64,000 nt of DNA from Eledone cirrhosa (GCA_964016885.1 OZ024741.1:385330001-385394000), one strand, 5' to 3'; shown: positions 52,551-61,761, numbered from the stretch's first letter. The notes: generated by a model not told the origin, from the sequence alone. Numbers and translations are program-made.

Positions 52551-53915
52551 GACGTTACAATGTGAGAGATAAAGAGAGAGTTAAGGTGACAGTGAGAGAG
52601 AGAGTTAAGGTGACAGTGAGAGAGAGAGTTAAAATGACATTGTGATACAGAGAGTGAGAGAGATTTAATGGGACTGTGTGTGAGTGAGAGAGAGTTGAGT
52701 TGAGAGTGAGAGAGAGAGAGAGTGAGAGATTGAAGGTGACAGTGTGAGAGAGTGAAAGAGTTAAGGTGACAGTGACAGTAAGAGAGAGAGTTTTAATGTG
52801 ACAGTGAGAGAGAGAAAGAGACAGTGTGAGAGAGTGAGAGTTACGGTGACAGTAAGGGAGAGAGAGTTAAGGGTAGAGTGAGAGAGAGGAGAGAGTTACG
52901 TTGACAGTGAGAGTGAGAGAGAGAGAGAGAGATAGAGAGAGATAAGGTGACAGTGAGAGAGAGAGAGAGAGAGAGATTTAATGTGACAGTGTGTGAGAGA
53001 GGGAGAGAAAGAGAGAGTGTTAAGGTGACAGTGAGTGAGAGAGAGAGTTGAGGTGACAGTGTGAGAGAGAGAGAGAGAGAGAGAGTTAAGGTGACATTGA
53101 CAGAGAGAGAGGGGGAGTTAAACTGACAGTGTGAGAGAGAGAGAGTTAAGGTAACAGTGTGAGAGAGAGAGAGTGGAGTTAAAGTGAGAGTGTGTGAGAG
53201 AGAGAGTTGAGGTGACAATGAGAGAGAGAGAGAGTGCAGGTGACAGTGAGGGGGGGAGTTAAGGTGACAGTGAGAGAGTGAGAGTTACGGTGACAGTAAG
53301 TGAGAGAGATTTAAGGGTAGAGTGAGAGAGAGGAGAGAGTTACGTTGACAGTGAGAAAGAGAGAGTTATTGTGCCATTGTAAGAGAGAGAGAGAGAGAGA
53401 GTTGATGTGACAATGAGAGAGAGAGATTTATGGTAACAGTGTGAGAGAGAGTGTTAAGGTCACAGTAAGAGAGAGAGAGAGAGAGTGAAGGTGGCAGTGA
53501 AAGAGAGAGAGAGAGAGATTTAATTAACAGTGTTAGAGGGAGAGAAAAGTTGAGCTGACAGTGAGAGAGAGAGAGAGTTAAGAGGACAGTGAGAGAGAGA
53601 GGGTTGAGGTGACAATGAGGGAGGGAGTTAAGGTGACAGTGAGAGAGAGAGGGAGTTAAGATGACAGTGACAGTAAGAGAGAGAGACTTTTAAGGCGTCA
53701 GTGATAGAGAGAGAGAGAGTTAAGGTGACAGTGTGAGAGAGAGTTTAGGTGTTGGGGTGATAGTGTGAGAGAGAGAGAGAGAGAGAGTTAAGGTGACAGT
53801 GTGAGAGAGAGAGAGAGTTGAGGTGACAGTGAGGGAGAAAGAGACAATGTGAGAGAGTTACGGTGACAGTTACGGTGACAGTAAGAGGGAAAGTTAAGGT
53901 GACATTGAGAGAGAG
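25450..53915. repeat. Large block duplications inside the satellite (arrangement A-B-A-A-B)
   Basis: Block A markers occur three times: 'aggtcacagt' 29891/40731/46681, 'gtgacaacga' 30721/41561/47511, 'taaggtaaca' 26081/36791/42899. Block B markers occur twice: 'gcctgagttacgg' 34105/50978, 'acttgacgttacaat' 35556/52547. Confidence 0.9.
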
Positions 53916-54595
53916 AGAGAAAGAGAGAGTTAAGGTGACAGTGTGAGAGAGTTAAGGTGACATAAGAGAGAGAGTTAAGGTGAGAGTGAGAGAGAGAGAG
54001 TTATGGTGACATTGTAAAAGAGAGAGAGAATTAAGGTGACAGTGAGAGAGAGAGTTGAGATGACAGTGAGAGAGTGGGAGAGTGAATTAAGGTACAGTGA
54101 GAGGCAGAAAAAGAGAGTTAAGGTGACAATGTGAGAGAGAGTTTAGGTGTTGGGGTGATAGTGTGAGAGAGAGAGCGAGTTAAGGTGACAGTGTGAGAGA
54201 GAGAGAATTAAGGTGACAGTGTGAGAGAGAGAGAGAGAGTTGAGGTGACAGTGTGAGAGAGGGAGAGTTAAGGTGACAGTGAGAGAGAGAAAGAGAGTTG
54301 AGGTGACAGTGTGAGAGAGAGAGAGATAAGGAGACAGTGAGAGAGATAGAGAGAGTTAAGGTGACAGTAAGAGAGAGACAGAGAGTTAACCTGACAGTGT
54401 GAGAGAGAGAGAGAGTTGAGGTGACAATGAGAGAGAGAGAGGGAGAGAGTTAAGGTGACAGTGTGAGAGAGAAATAGTTAAAGTGACAGCATGTGTAAAA
54501 CACTCTTCAGGATCACTTAAATATACTACTCTAATAGACCAACTTATGTCCTTAGTTGATCAGATTTTCCTCTGATTATGTGAATTTGCTTTACA

Positions 54596-54807
54596 GGGTG
54601 GAATGGTAGTATTGGTAGGGCTTCGGACAACATGCTTTACGGTATATAGTTATGGCCCTTTTCATTTTGAGTTGAAATCCCGCTGAGGTTAGCTTTGCCT
54701 TTGATTTTTATAGGGTTGATAAAATAAAGCACCAGTAATGCACTGTGTTTGATTTAATCAACTTTGCCATCACCCTAAATTGTTGGCCTTATGACTAAAT
54801 TAGAAAT
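54596..54807 (+). mobile_element. tRNA-derived SINE with Nin/Deu-domain-like core, diverged
   Basis: A-box-like tggtagtattgg (54604) and B-box-like gttgaaatcc (54671). Core 'gaggttagctttgcctttgatttttatagggttgataaaataaagcacc' resembles the Nin/Deu domain. Co-linear with the reverse complement of 57633-57813. Confidence 0.8.
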
Positions 54808-54979
54808 GAGCCGTGAAAAATTACTTCTTGTTTCCTTACAATTTCCTTATTATCTCCCCTTTTCCTTGTGAGTCATTAATAAATGCAGATAGGGTTTTGT
54901 TTCCTCTTTCAACTAAGTAAGAAATTTCATATAATTCAGAAATTTTTGCATCTAGCATTCATTATATCCCTTCTTAATT

Positions 54980-55245
54980 TCATCATCATCAAGTTCTTGC
55001 AACTGATGCAGCCATTCCTCAGGGTGCCTCTCCAGACACTTTTGCCGTCAACTGTTACCACAAGTCTCTAACCTCCATCATGTATAGAAGGGTGGCAGGG
55101 TTGTGACCTGTCCAGTCTTTCATGTTGTCAAACCAGCATTTTCTATGCCTGCCTCTTCTTTGTCCTCCTTCAACTATGCCCTGAAGGATTGCATTAGACA
55201 GGGATGTATGTTGGGATACGTGACCATACTGCTTCTGTCTTTTTA
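54980..55245 (-). mobile_element. 3' fragment of an RTE-clade LINE with (ATG)n tail
   Basis: Minus-strand translation KRQKQYGHVSQHTSLSNAILQGIVEGGQRRGRHRKCWFDNMKDWTG matches the RTE C-terminal motif (GHV..ILQG.VEG.RRRGR.RK.W.DN...WTG). Tail appears as catcatcatc at 54981-54990. Not in the ORF track. Confidence 0.8.
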
Positions 55246-55486
55246 CTGCTGAATTCCACAGACAAACATACCTTTAATGTAGTTCTCAGGGAGATTCTGT
55301 ATGACAGAGTATACAATAAGGCTGATCCTTTGTGATACAACTACAACTTATTTTTGCCAGTTGAAATAATTTGAACAATTTGAAATAAAGTGTCTTGCTC
55401 AAAGACATAACACACCACCAGAAATCAAACTCACAACTTTACAATCGTCAGTTGAACACCCTAACCATTAAGCAACAAGCTTCCAC
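55246..55486 (-). mobile_element. tRNA-derived SINE with CORE-like central domain, 3' part missing
   Basis: Minus strand head gcttgttgcttaatggttagggtg...gagtttgatttc (A/B boxes), then 'tgtctttgagcaagacactttatttca'. The same core occurs at 60140-60204. Confidence 0.75.
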
Positions 55487-56499
55487 TTGTTACATCTATG
55501 ACAAAAATAAAACAAGGAGAAATACTGACACAATTCAAAAAATAAAACCTATTTGAAATAATGGAAATTTATAACTTCTATTATCTCTGCCTGGATACAA
55601 AAAATATTCCATATGTGACAATACACACATTATTAAAAATGTCAGAAGATTAAACTGTATTGCTTGCAGAATCAGTACATGACATTTTAAGTATATTTCA
55701 AAAGTGTGTATTGGTATGTTAAACAGGCAAATTGTACATTCTCCAAAGTCAATATTAAGACATAATAGATTACATAAGCCTGCTGGCACAACACCAGATG
55801 ATGAGTAGATAAACTATATGGTTGCTTAATAACAAAACACGAAGCTTGCTGTCCCAGGGCACAGAGTTCATATCCTTTCTGTAGTTGAATTTGCTTCTTT
55901 TTTCTTTGGGGATTGGTAAATGAATATGTGTTAATAGTTAAAGGCAGTAATGAGATGTAAAAGGTCAAGGAAAGAATTGACATCTTCATTCTCTTAATCA
56001 ACATTGTGAGTGGCTCTTATTTGCTTGCTATGTATCACCTATCTAATTGACAAATCAATGTACTTACTTATATATGATATCTAATATTTTCTATGGTATT
56101 TAATATCTACATTTTACATCTAAATACTGCTACTAAACAACTTGACAACACAAATATATGCCTATTTACTTGAGAACTGAAAATCATATCCTTTTTTTTC
56201 TTTTTACTGTTTAGTCAGGGAGAGAAGGGCAGTGTCCATGACCCTTTTCAGAGCCTTTGAGAGTGGTAGAGAAGAAGAAGGAAGATATCTTCAAACTAGA
56301 GACTTGTCTTGAATGCTTGAAACAGAGTAGACTTTGCTAAGGCTCCCAAGGGCCAGGAGATAGTGTACCAATTATACTTGCATATGCATGGGTCTAATTA
56401 ATCATGTGGTGGTGTATATTTGGCAATAAGTAACCAAAAGCAATGAAACATTTTATTATAATGATTTTACTACACTGATGTGTATATGTGTGATTGAAA

Positions 56500-56960
56500 A
56501 ATACCTCCCCTTCTATCCAATCCTATTTAACCCAGGGTCTTTTCACTCCTGTTGGAGTAACCCCTCCCTTGTTGACCTCTACCATTTTATATTTGGTTTT
56601 GGTCATGTCAGGGGTGCTGCTGTACTCACTACACTTGGTTAATTGTGGGTTGGTGAGGCTATTTAACCCATAGTTGGGGTGGATGGCTGTTAACTGAGGA
56701 GTTCATCTGCCCTTTTAACAGCTCTTGTTTTTTGTGCTGCTGGAGTTTTATTTACCCTCCTTACCAGACCAGGGTCTAGTGGGGAAGCCTGTTTAGTTGC
56801 TGACCACTCAACCATGAGGCAGATTGTATTGGGTTACATGGTACTGGTAACATGCGGAAGCCTGACTTGACCAGGGTCTAGTGGGGGAGCCAGTTTAGTC
56901 AACCACCTCACTGAAGTAATGTACAAATTCAAACTTTCCTCTGCTGGTTAGCTCAACCAG
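56500..56960. repeat. Unidentified, GC-richer segment with short internal direct repeats
   Basis: 31-bp direct repeat (29/31 identical) at 56767-56797 and 56869-56899. 'ctatttaaccca' at 56523 and 56659. Confidence 0.5.
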
Positions 56961-57212
56961 TCATGAAACAAAGTTTCAGACAGCTGAAGATAGGGGAAGA
57001 AGGGTAATCACAAATTAGGAAAAGAGACATTGAAAAATGTAGCCCTATGTATATAAAATATATATACATGTATATAAGTAGAAGTTGTATTTAATTTGGT
57101 GGAAGTCCGACAAACATAAAAGTTTATAACTGATTTAGAGCACTCAACAAGTTACTGGAGTAAATATTCAATGATATTAAATGAATGGAAACTATATTTA
57201 TAAAACCATATT

Positions 57213-57277
57213 TATTTTATTATATATATTTCAAGGGCAACCAAGACAATATTGGTACACTTTCATCAGATAAAATA
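57213..57277 (-). ncRNA. Type I hammerhead ribozyme with minimal, palindromic stem III
   Basis: Minus strand: tattttat-CTGATGA-aagtgtaccaa-tattgtc-ttggttgccctt-GAAA-tatata-TA-ataaaata. Stem I is a perfect 8 bp, stem II is imperfect with ~10 bp, the core is fully canonical and the cleavage triplet is AUA. Confidence 0.85.
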
Positions 57278-57632
57278 CAAAGTTTGTTCTATAAATAGAG
57301 ACGTACCCATGGAAATCATACCTTATCGGTTGGAAATTCACTGGGTAGTGGAAATATATTAGGGATTATTCAAACTTATGTGTGAATATGCAAATGAATA
57401 TGTAAATAGTTGAAAAACAACCGTTTATTTAAATGACACTGGAGAAAGATAGAGAAGAAAGAGAGAGCGAAAAAAATATTAATATTACGAGAGAAATAGA
57501 GAGAAGAAATTAACAAGAGGATGAATAGAACTCGTGTAACGTTAATATGGGGGAAACTTTTAAGTATATATCTACTAATGGTACGTATATTTACGAATAT
57601 TTAGTTGTTAAAATTCTTTTTTAATATAATTG

Positions 57633-57813
57633 TTTCTATTTTAGGCACAAGGCCAGCAATTACCCAGTACATTACTGGTACTTTATTTTATCGACCCCGT
57701 AAGGATGAAAGGCAAAGTTAACCTCGGCGGGATTTGAACTCAGATCATAAAGGGACGTAACTCTATGCTTCAAAGCATGGCGCCCGACTCTCTACCGATA
57801 CTGCCAATCCACT
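57633..57813 (-). mobile_element. Nin/Deu-like tRNA SINE nested in the Penelope 3' UTR
   Basis: Minus strand tggcagtatcgg (A box), gagttcaaatccc (B box), core 'gaggttaactttgcctttcatccttacggggtcgataaaataaagtacc'. Lacks ~30 bp present in the 54596 copy. Confidence 0.85.
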
Positions 57814-57834
57814 ATAATATTTACTGTTATAAGT

Positions 57835-58480
57835 AGATAGAAAAATAAATCGAGAAATAAATCGAAAAATAAATCAATAAATAGATAAATAGATAGATAA
57901 ATGGATAGATGGGTATATTGTGTTATAGATAATTGTTTTAATGAGTTATGAGGGATGTTGGTTTATATTTAAAGTAAGTAATTAAGTTAACTGAGTTAAT
58001 AAGAATATTTATATTTATATTTTATATATTTATATTTATATTTATATTTATATTTTAAATTGGGAAAATACGGAAAAAACTCCAGTTTTGTTTATTTATT
58101 CGTTAGTATGAGATTATTTTTTCAAAATAAGTTCAAATGTTAAAGATATAAATGTTGAAAGATATATTTAGCCTGAATTAGTTAGTGGTTATAAATCTAA
58201 TAAAAGATATTAAAAAATTTTATTAAAAAATATTAAAAATTCGGGAAAATTTTAAAAAATATAATTTATAAGAGATAAGTAAATTTTAAAAAAAATAATA
58301 AGTAATTTTTAAAAATAAGTAATTTTTAAAATATATGAAAAATGTAAGAAATAAAAAATAAAAAATAAAGAATTAAAAAAACTTTAAAAATATTAAAATT
58401 AAAGTTAAAATAAAAATTAAAAAGTTAGGATCATATATGTATATATTTTAAGAAATTTTAAGAAGTGAAATTATAGTAAA
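57835..58480. repeat. Very AT-rich low-complexity tract with (ATAA/ATAG)n and (TATATT)n microsatellites inside the PLE 3' UTR
   Basis: atagataaatagatagat at ~57880-57910, (tatatt)n at ~58005-58054, A/T runs to ~58480. Confidence 0.8.
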
Positions 58481-58568
58481 TATTATAGATATGATTTAGA
58501 GGTAACAATATATTAAAACAGAGTGGATAGGATTGTTATGGAAATAAGTAGAAATATTATAAGTGTAA

Positions 58569-59909
58569 TTATAATTTGTATATAGTTCTAAACGTTGAGT
58601 TTAGGCGATGTTTACAAGAACTAAATAAATTCGCCCGTACATTAATAGAGTTCTTACATTTAAGTATGAAGAAAATTTTCTCAACACACAATTTGCAAAA
58701 GCTGTGTTTCGGTATGCGGGTGCTTTTGAAATTATTTCCCAAGTTAAAGAATAGTCCATATTTTTGGATTTTAAGTTCCATATCAAGTTTGATAGAGAAG
58801 TTGAAGATTTTTTATCAAGTTTTCGGAAAGAGCATTTGTGATTATTCCAACGACTTTTGAAGTCTGTAGAAGTTGAACCTACATAGTTAAATATATTATC
58901 ACTGGTTTTGACTGTGTATTTATAGACCACATCCTTATCTAAGCACTTATTTTTTAAAGGACAGTTTCATTTAATTCTACAATTACATTTAGCGGAGTTG
59001 ATGTTATTCGGAACGGTATTATTATGTTGGATATTGCTAGAGATATTACTGCTATTTTGGTTATGGTTTAGATTTCTATTATTGATTCTATTTATATTTT
59101 GTGCTATATTCATAGTAGTAGAGTAAGATAGTTTTATGTCTGTTAAAGATTGGAGTGGTATCTGTGGGCTTTAGGAAAACATTTATCTAGTGCTTTGAAG
59201 AATAGCTTTGCTAAAGGTGTTTTAACGCTTAATGAGAATGGTGGTGAGTACCAAATAATATTTCTAGTTCTATTTCTTCTGTTAGTTTTAGAGTTTAAGT
59301 TAGATTTTTTATTGTAATTATAATTAATAGTAGGGTTATTTGCCTTATCACTGTTGTCAATGTATTTAATCTTATTTATATAGCCTGCTCTATTTAAAAC
59401 TTCATTATAATATTCTGCTTATCGTCAAAAATGTTTTTATTAGCAGAGATGCGTGAAATACGTTGTTGGATAGAATTTACAATAATGTTCTTGATAGATC
59501 TAGGATGATTAGAGTTAAAACTTATATAGTTTAGATTCTCATTAATTTTATGGAATGGATAGTAGAGTCCTCTGTTAAGGTTTAATGTTACGTCTAAAAA
59601 GTTAACAATTTTATAGTTATTCTCTATTTCTAATTTAAGATTGTAGCTATTGAAAAATTGTATTATTGATTTTCTTTTTCTATTAATTTCACAATTACTA
59701 TTATTTTCAATTAAAAGCAGCATGTCATCACGATATAAACCACCGGTCATCTCTGGTATTTTTCTATGTAGTGTATTATTAATAAATAGGCTCACAAGAT
59801 GGTGATATCAAAATTATTTTTTCTATTTTTTTATTGAATTCAATTAAAGTTTTCCGTGCGGTTAAAATGATATGCATTTCTTCGCTAGATAAATCTGTAT
59901 GTTTAGATG
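58569..59909 (-). pseudogene. Disrupted Penelope RT-GIY-YIG ORF
   Basis: Pieces in ORFs 59394-59795, 58601-58930 and 58569-58781, plus intervening frames. Frameshifts near 59415, 59150 and 58705, in-frame TGA at 58967-58969, and a deletion after FDIT at ~59800. Confidence 0.9.
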
Positions 59910-59910
59910 C

Positions 59911-59913
<3 letters not shown>

Positions 59914-59942
<29 letters not shown>
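59914..59942. repeat. (TA)n microsatellite
   Basis: Directly visible at the 5' junction of the PLE. Confidence 0.95.
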
Positions 59943-59944
<2 letters not shown>

Positions 59945-60204
59945 TCATTCATCATTTCATTTTATGTCCCCTTTTTCCCTGCTTGCAAGGGTGTGATGGG
60001 AACTGATTTTGGCTTGATTTCTACAGCTGGATGCCCTTCCTAACACCAACCTTATTTACAGTGAGTGCTGGGTGATTTTTTGCCGTGGCACCTCCACGAC
60101 CACTTTGCAGTGGAATTATATGGACCCCAGTCCCTACCATCTCATTTCTACAGCTGAGTAAACTGGAGCAATGTGAAATAAAGTGTCTTGCTCAAGGAAA
60201 CAAC
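59943..60204 (-). mobile_element. Headless SINE with CORE-like domain and RTE-derived 3' tail
   Basis: Core 'cagctgagtaaactggagcaatgtgaaataaagtgtcttgctcaagg' at 60151-60197. Body 'tttctacagctggatgcccttcc' is shared with the end of the window (~63986-64000). Tail 'tgtcccctttttccctgcttgcaagggt' resembles the RTE end at 61768-61800, followed by (ATG)n. Confidence 0.7.
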
Positions 60205-60238
<34 letters not shown>

Positions 60239-60240
60239 AT
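60205..60240. repeat. (TA)n(TG)n microsatellite
   Basis: Directly visible. Confidence 0.95.
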
Positions 60241-60327
60241 GTAAAAGGTAAACAGAAATAACAGCACAATCGGTACAGTATATGGAAGGAACATATTAGG
60301 TTAATGCTTGAAACAGCAGGAAGAGGG

Positions 60328-60363
60328 TCTTAACATTTCGGATGCTAGTCCTTCATCAGAAGA
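60328..60363 (-). ncRNA. Decayed minimal hammerhead ribozyme, probably in a second PLE terminal fragment (~60241-60420)
   Basis: Minus strand: tctt-CTGATGA-a-gga-ctagca-tcc-GAAA-tg-tt-aaga. 4-bp stem I and 3-bp stem II. ATGT stands where palindromic ACGT would be expected (CpG decay). Confidence 0.6.
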
Positions 60364-60589
60364 AAGAATGAGAAATTAGATAGATTGAAGGGATGGGCGG
60401 GGTAGAATTGGGAAAAAATGTTTTTAGAGAAAAATAACAAGTCCATTCATGTTGCTATTTCTTGGAAAACTGTTGATGCTGGCATTTTGTGTATGATATA
60501 TTTTTTTATAAAAGTGGATTGTGGAGTGTGTCTACCTGAAATGGAAAAAAAATCGTTTCGTATAAAGAGCTATACTTGTGCGCATGTGT

Positions 60590-61758
60590 GTGGCCAAAAA
60601 GTCTGTTCAATTTTTGCCAATTTTGCCAACTTCAAGCGCTCTCATAGTTGCTAACTTTACTTTTTTTCCTTCCAAATATGCACTCGTTCGATGCTTGATA
60701 CTTCAAAGTAGTTCATAGCAAAACTCCAACAAGATTGGTTGTATTATGTACATTTATCTTAACCTTCAAAATGGAGAACCAAAATGGACATTATCAACTT
60801 TTTTATCATCATGCTTTTTTATTTTAAAAAAATGCAGGAAAGCATCAGAAACTTGCAGGAACCTATGCACTGTGTATGGAGAGGATGCTGTTACATGTAT
60901 GCCAGAAGTGGTTTTCAAGATTTCAATTGGGAAATGCACCTCACTCTGGCTGGTCAACTGTGGTTAACAACAAGCAAGAGAAGGAGTTAGTTGACACCAA
61001 CTCCCGTCTTACAACTAGGGAGATCACAAGATATTCTCTAGATATCCAAAACAAGTGTTGAAAGCTATCTGCGTAACCTTCGTTATGTCAGGAGGCTCGA
61101 TGTTTGGGTTCCCCATGAATTGCATGAAGCCAAACTCATCCTACAATTTCCATCTGCAATTACTTGCTTAAACATGAAGAAAACGATCCTTTTTTGAAGA
61201 AAATGGTAACTGGAGTTGAAAATGGATCGTCTTTAACAATGTGAAGTGAAAACAATCATGGGTGAAGTGCCAAGAACCATCACAAACAACCTTCAAAGCA
61301 GGACTTCACCAAAGATTATGCTTTCAATTTGGTGGGATTGGAAGGGTGTTGTCTTTTATGAGCTTCTTCCCACAAACGGGATCATCAATTCGGTTGTGTA
61401 CTGTGAACAGCTGGATAAGTTAAATGTAGTGATCTACCAGAAGTGTCCAGAACTTTCTAATTGAAAGACAATGTCAGACTACACACTTCCTTGTAGATGT
61501 GGCAGGAGTTACTAGTATTTGACAGGGAAGTTTTGCCTCACTCTCCATATTCCACAATGTTGTTCTTCAGATTTCCACCTGTTTCAGTTTATTCAAAATG
61601 CTTTCAATTCTTCAGATGTGAAAATTCATTTGGAAGGGTTCTTTGCCAGTAAAGACAGGAAATTCTTTGAACAGGGAATAATGGATTTACATAGAAGATG
61701 GCAGAAGATACTGGAACAAAATGGCAAGAATATCATTAGGTGAATAAATGGACTTTTT
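60590..61758 (+). mobile_element. Decayed mariner (DD34D-type) DNA transposon, mellifera-like by N-terminus
   Basis: ATG at 60771. Motifs IMLFYFKK, VYGEDAV, CQKWFSRF, WVPHEL (~61105-61122), KIMLSIWWDWKGVVFYELL, SDFHLF, RRWQKILEQNG. TIR remnants aaaaagtctgttca (60596) versus taaatggacttttt (61745) match 11/14. Many frameshifts. Confidence 0.92.
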
Positions 61759-61761
61759 CAA

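Larger units (their letters stand above)
1331..54489. repeat. ~53-kb compound satellite, monomer TTAAGGTGAC[A/T]GTG(AG)n, mostly 22-30 bp
   Basis: Continuous head-to-tail monomers, all in one orientation. Homogeneous from ~2650 to ~52300 except for internal degenerate islands at ~33900-34130, ~35300-36230 and ~50770-51000. Degenerate at both ends. Confidence 0.98.
57077..59909 (-). mobile_element. 5'-truncated Penelope-like retroelement (RT + C-terminal GIY-YIG), probably Hydra-type clade
   Basis: RT motifs FDIT(M) and GGLYRDDML, thumb NIIWYSPPFS..KLSYS, CNCxxxxxCPL linker, VVY..YVG endonuclease, terminal CKLC..CKHR. Hammerhead in the 3' end. Flanked by direct repeat catgtatata (57067-57076, 59910-59919) in TA-rich sequence. 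Confidence 0.9.

Noticed and set aside
52841-53218. 125-aa Ser/Leu/Thr ORF
   Set aside because: Translation of the (CT)n strand of degenerate satellite where TAA stops happen to be out of frame or mutated.
1331-54489. CRISPR-like 'constant repeat + variable spacer' layout
   Set aside because: The repeat is only 14 bp, spacers are (AG)n rather than unique sequence, there are no cas genes, and the context is eukaryotic.
1331-54489. TTAAGG/TTTAGG resemblance to telomeric TTAGGG, and GACAGTG resemblance to the RAG/Transib heptamer CACAGTG
   Set aside because: These are short matches with one mismatch. There are no tandem TTAGGG runs, no nonamer, and the critical first C of the heptamer is absent on that strand.
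56190-56370. Polypyrimidine tract plus AG suggesting a + strand exon
   Set aside because: All three frames stop within ~100 bp, there is no convincing donor site, and the peptide is unrecognisable.
56694-56990. Other CTGANGA motifs (ctgagga 56694, ctgaaga 56984) as hammerheads
   Set aside because: No stem II followed by GAAA and no stem I.
58967-58969. In-frame TGA in the PLE zinc-finger linker read as selenocysteine, with the hammerhead's AUGA..GA as a SECIS
   Set aside because: The TGA is at a non-Cys position (CNCRIK*NC) and all motif cysteines are TGT/TGC. CGA-to-TGA decay is the simpler explanation. Selenoprotein PLEs (Naiads) have an N-terminal endonuclease, and AUGA..GA is intrinsic to the hammerhead core.
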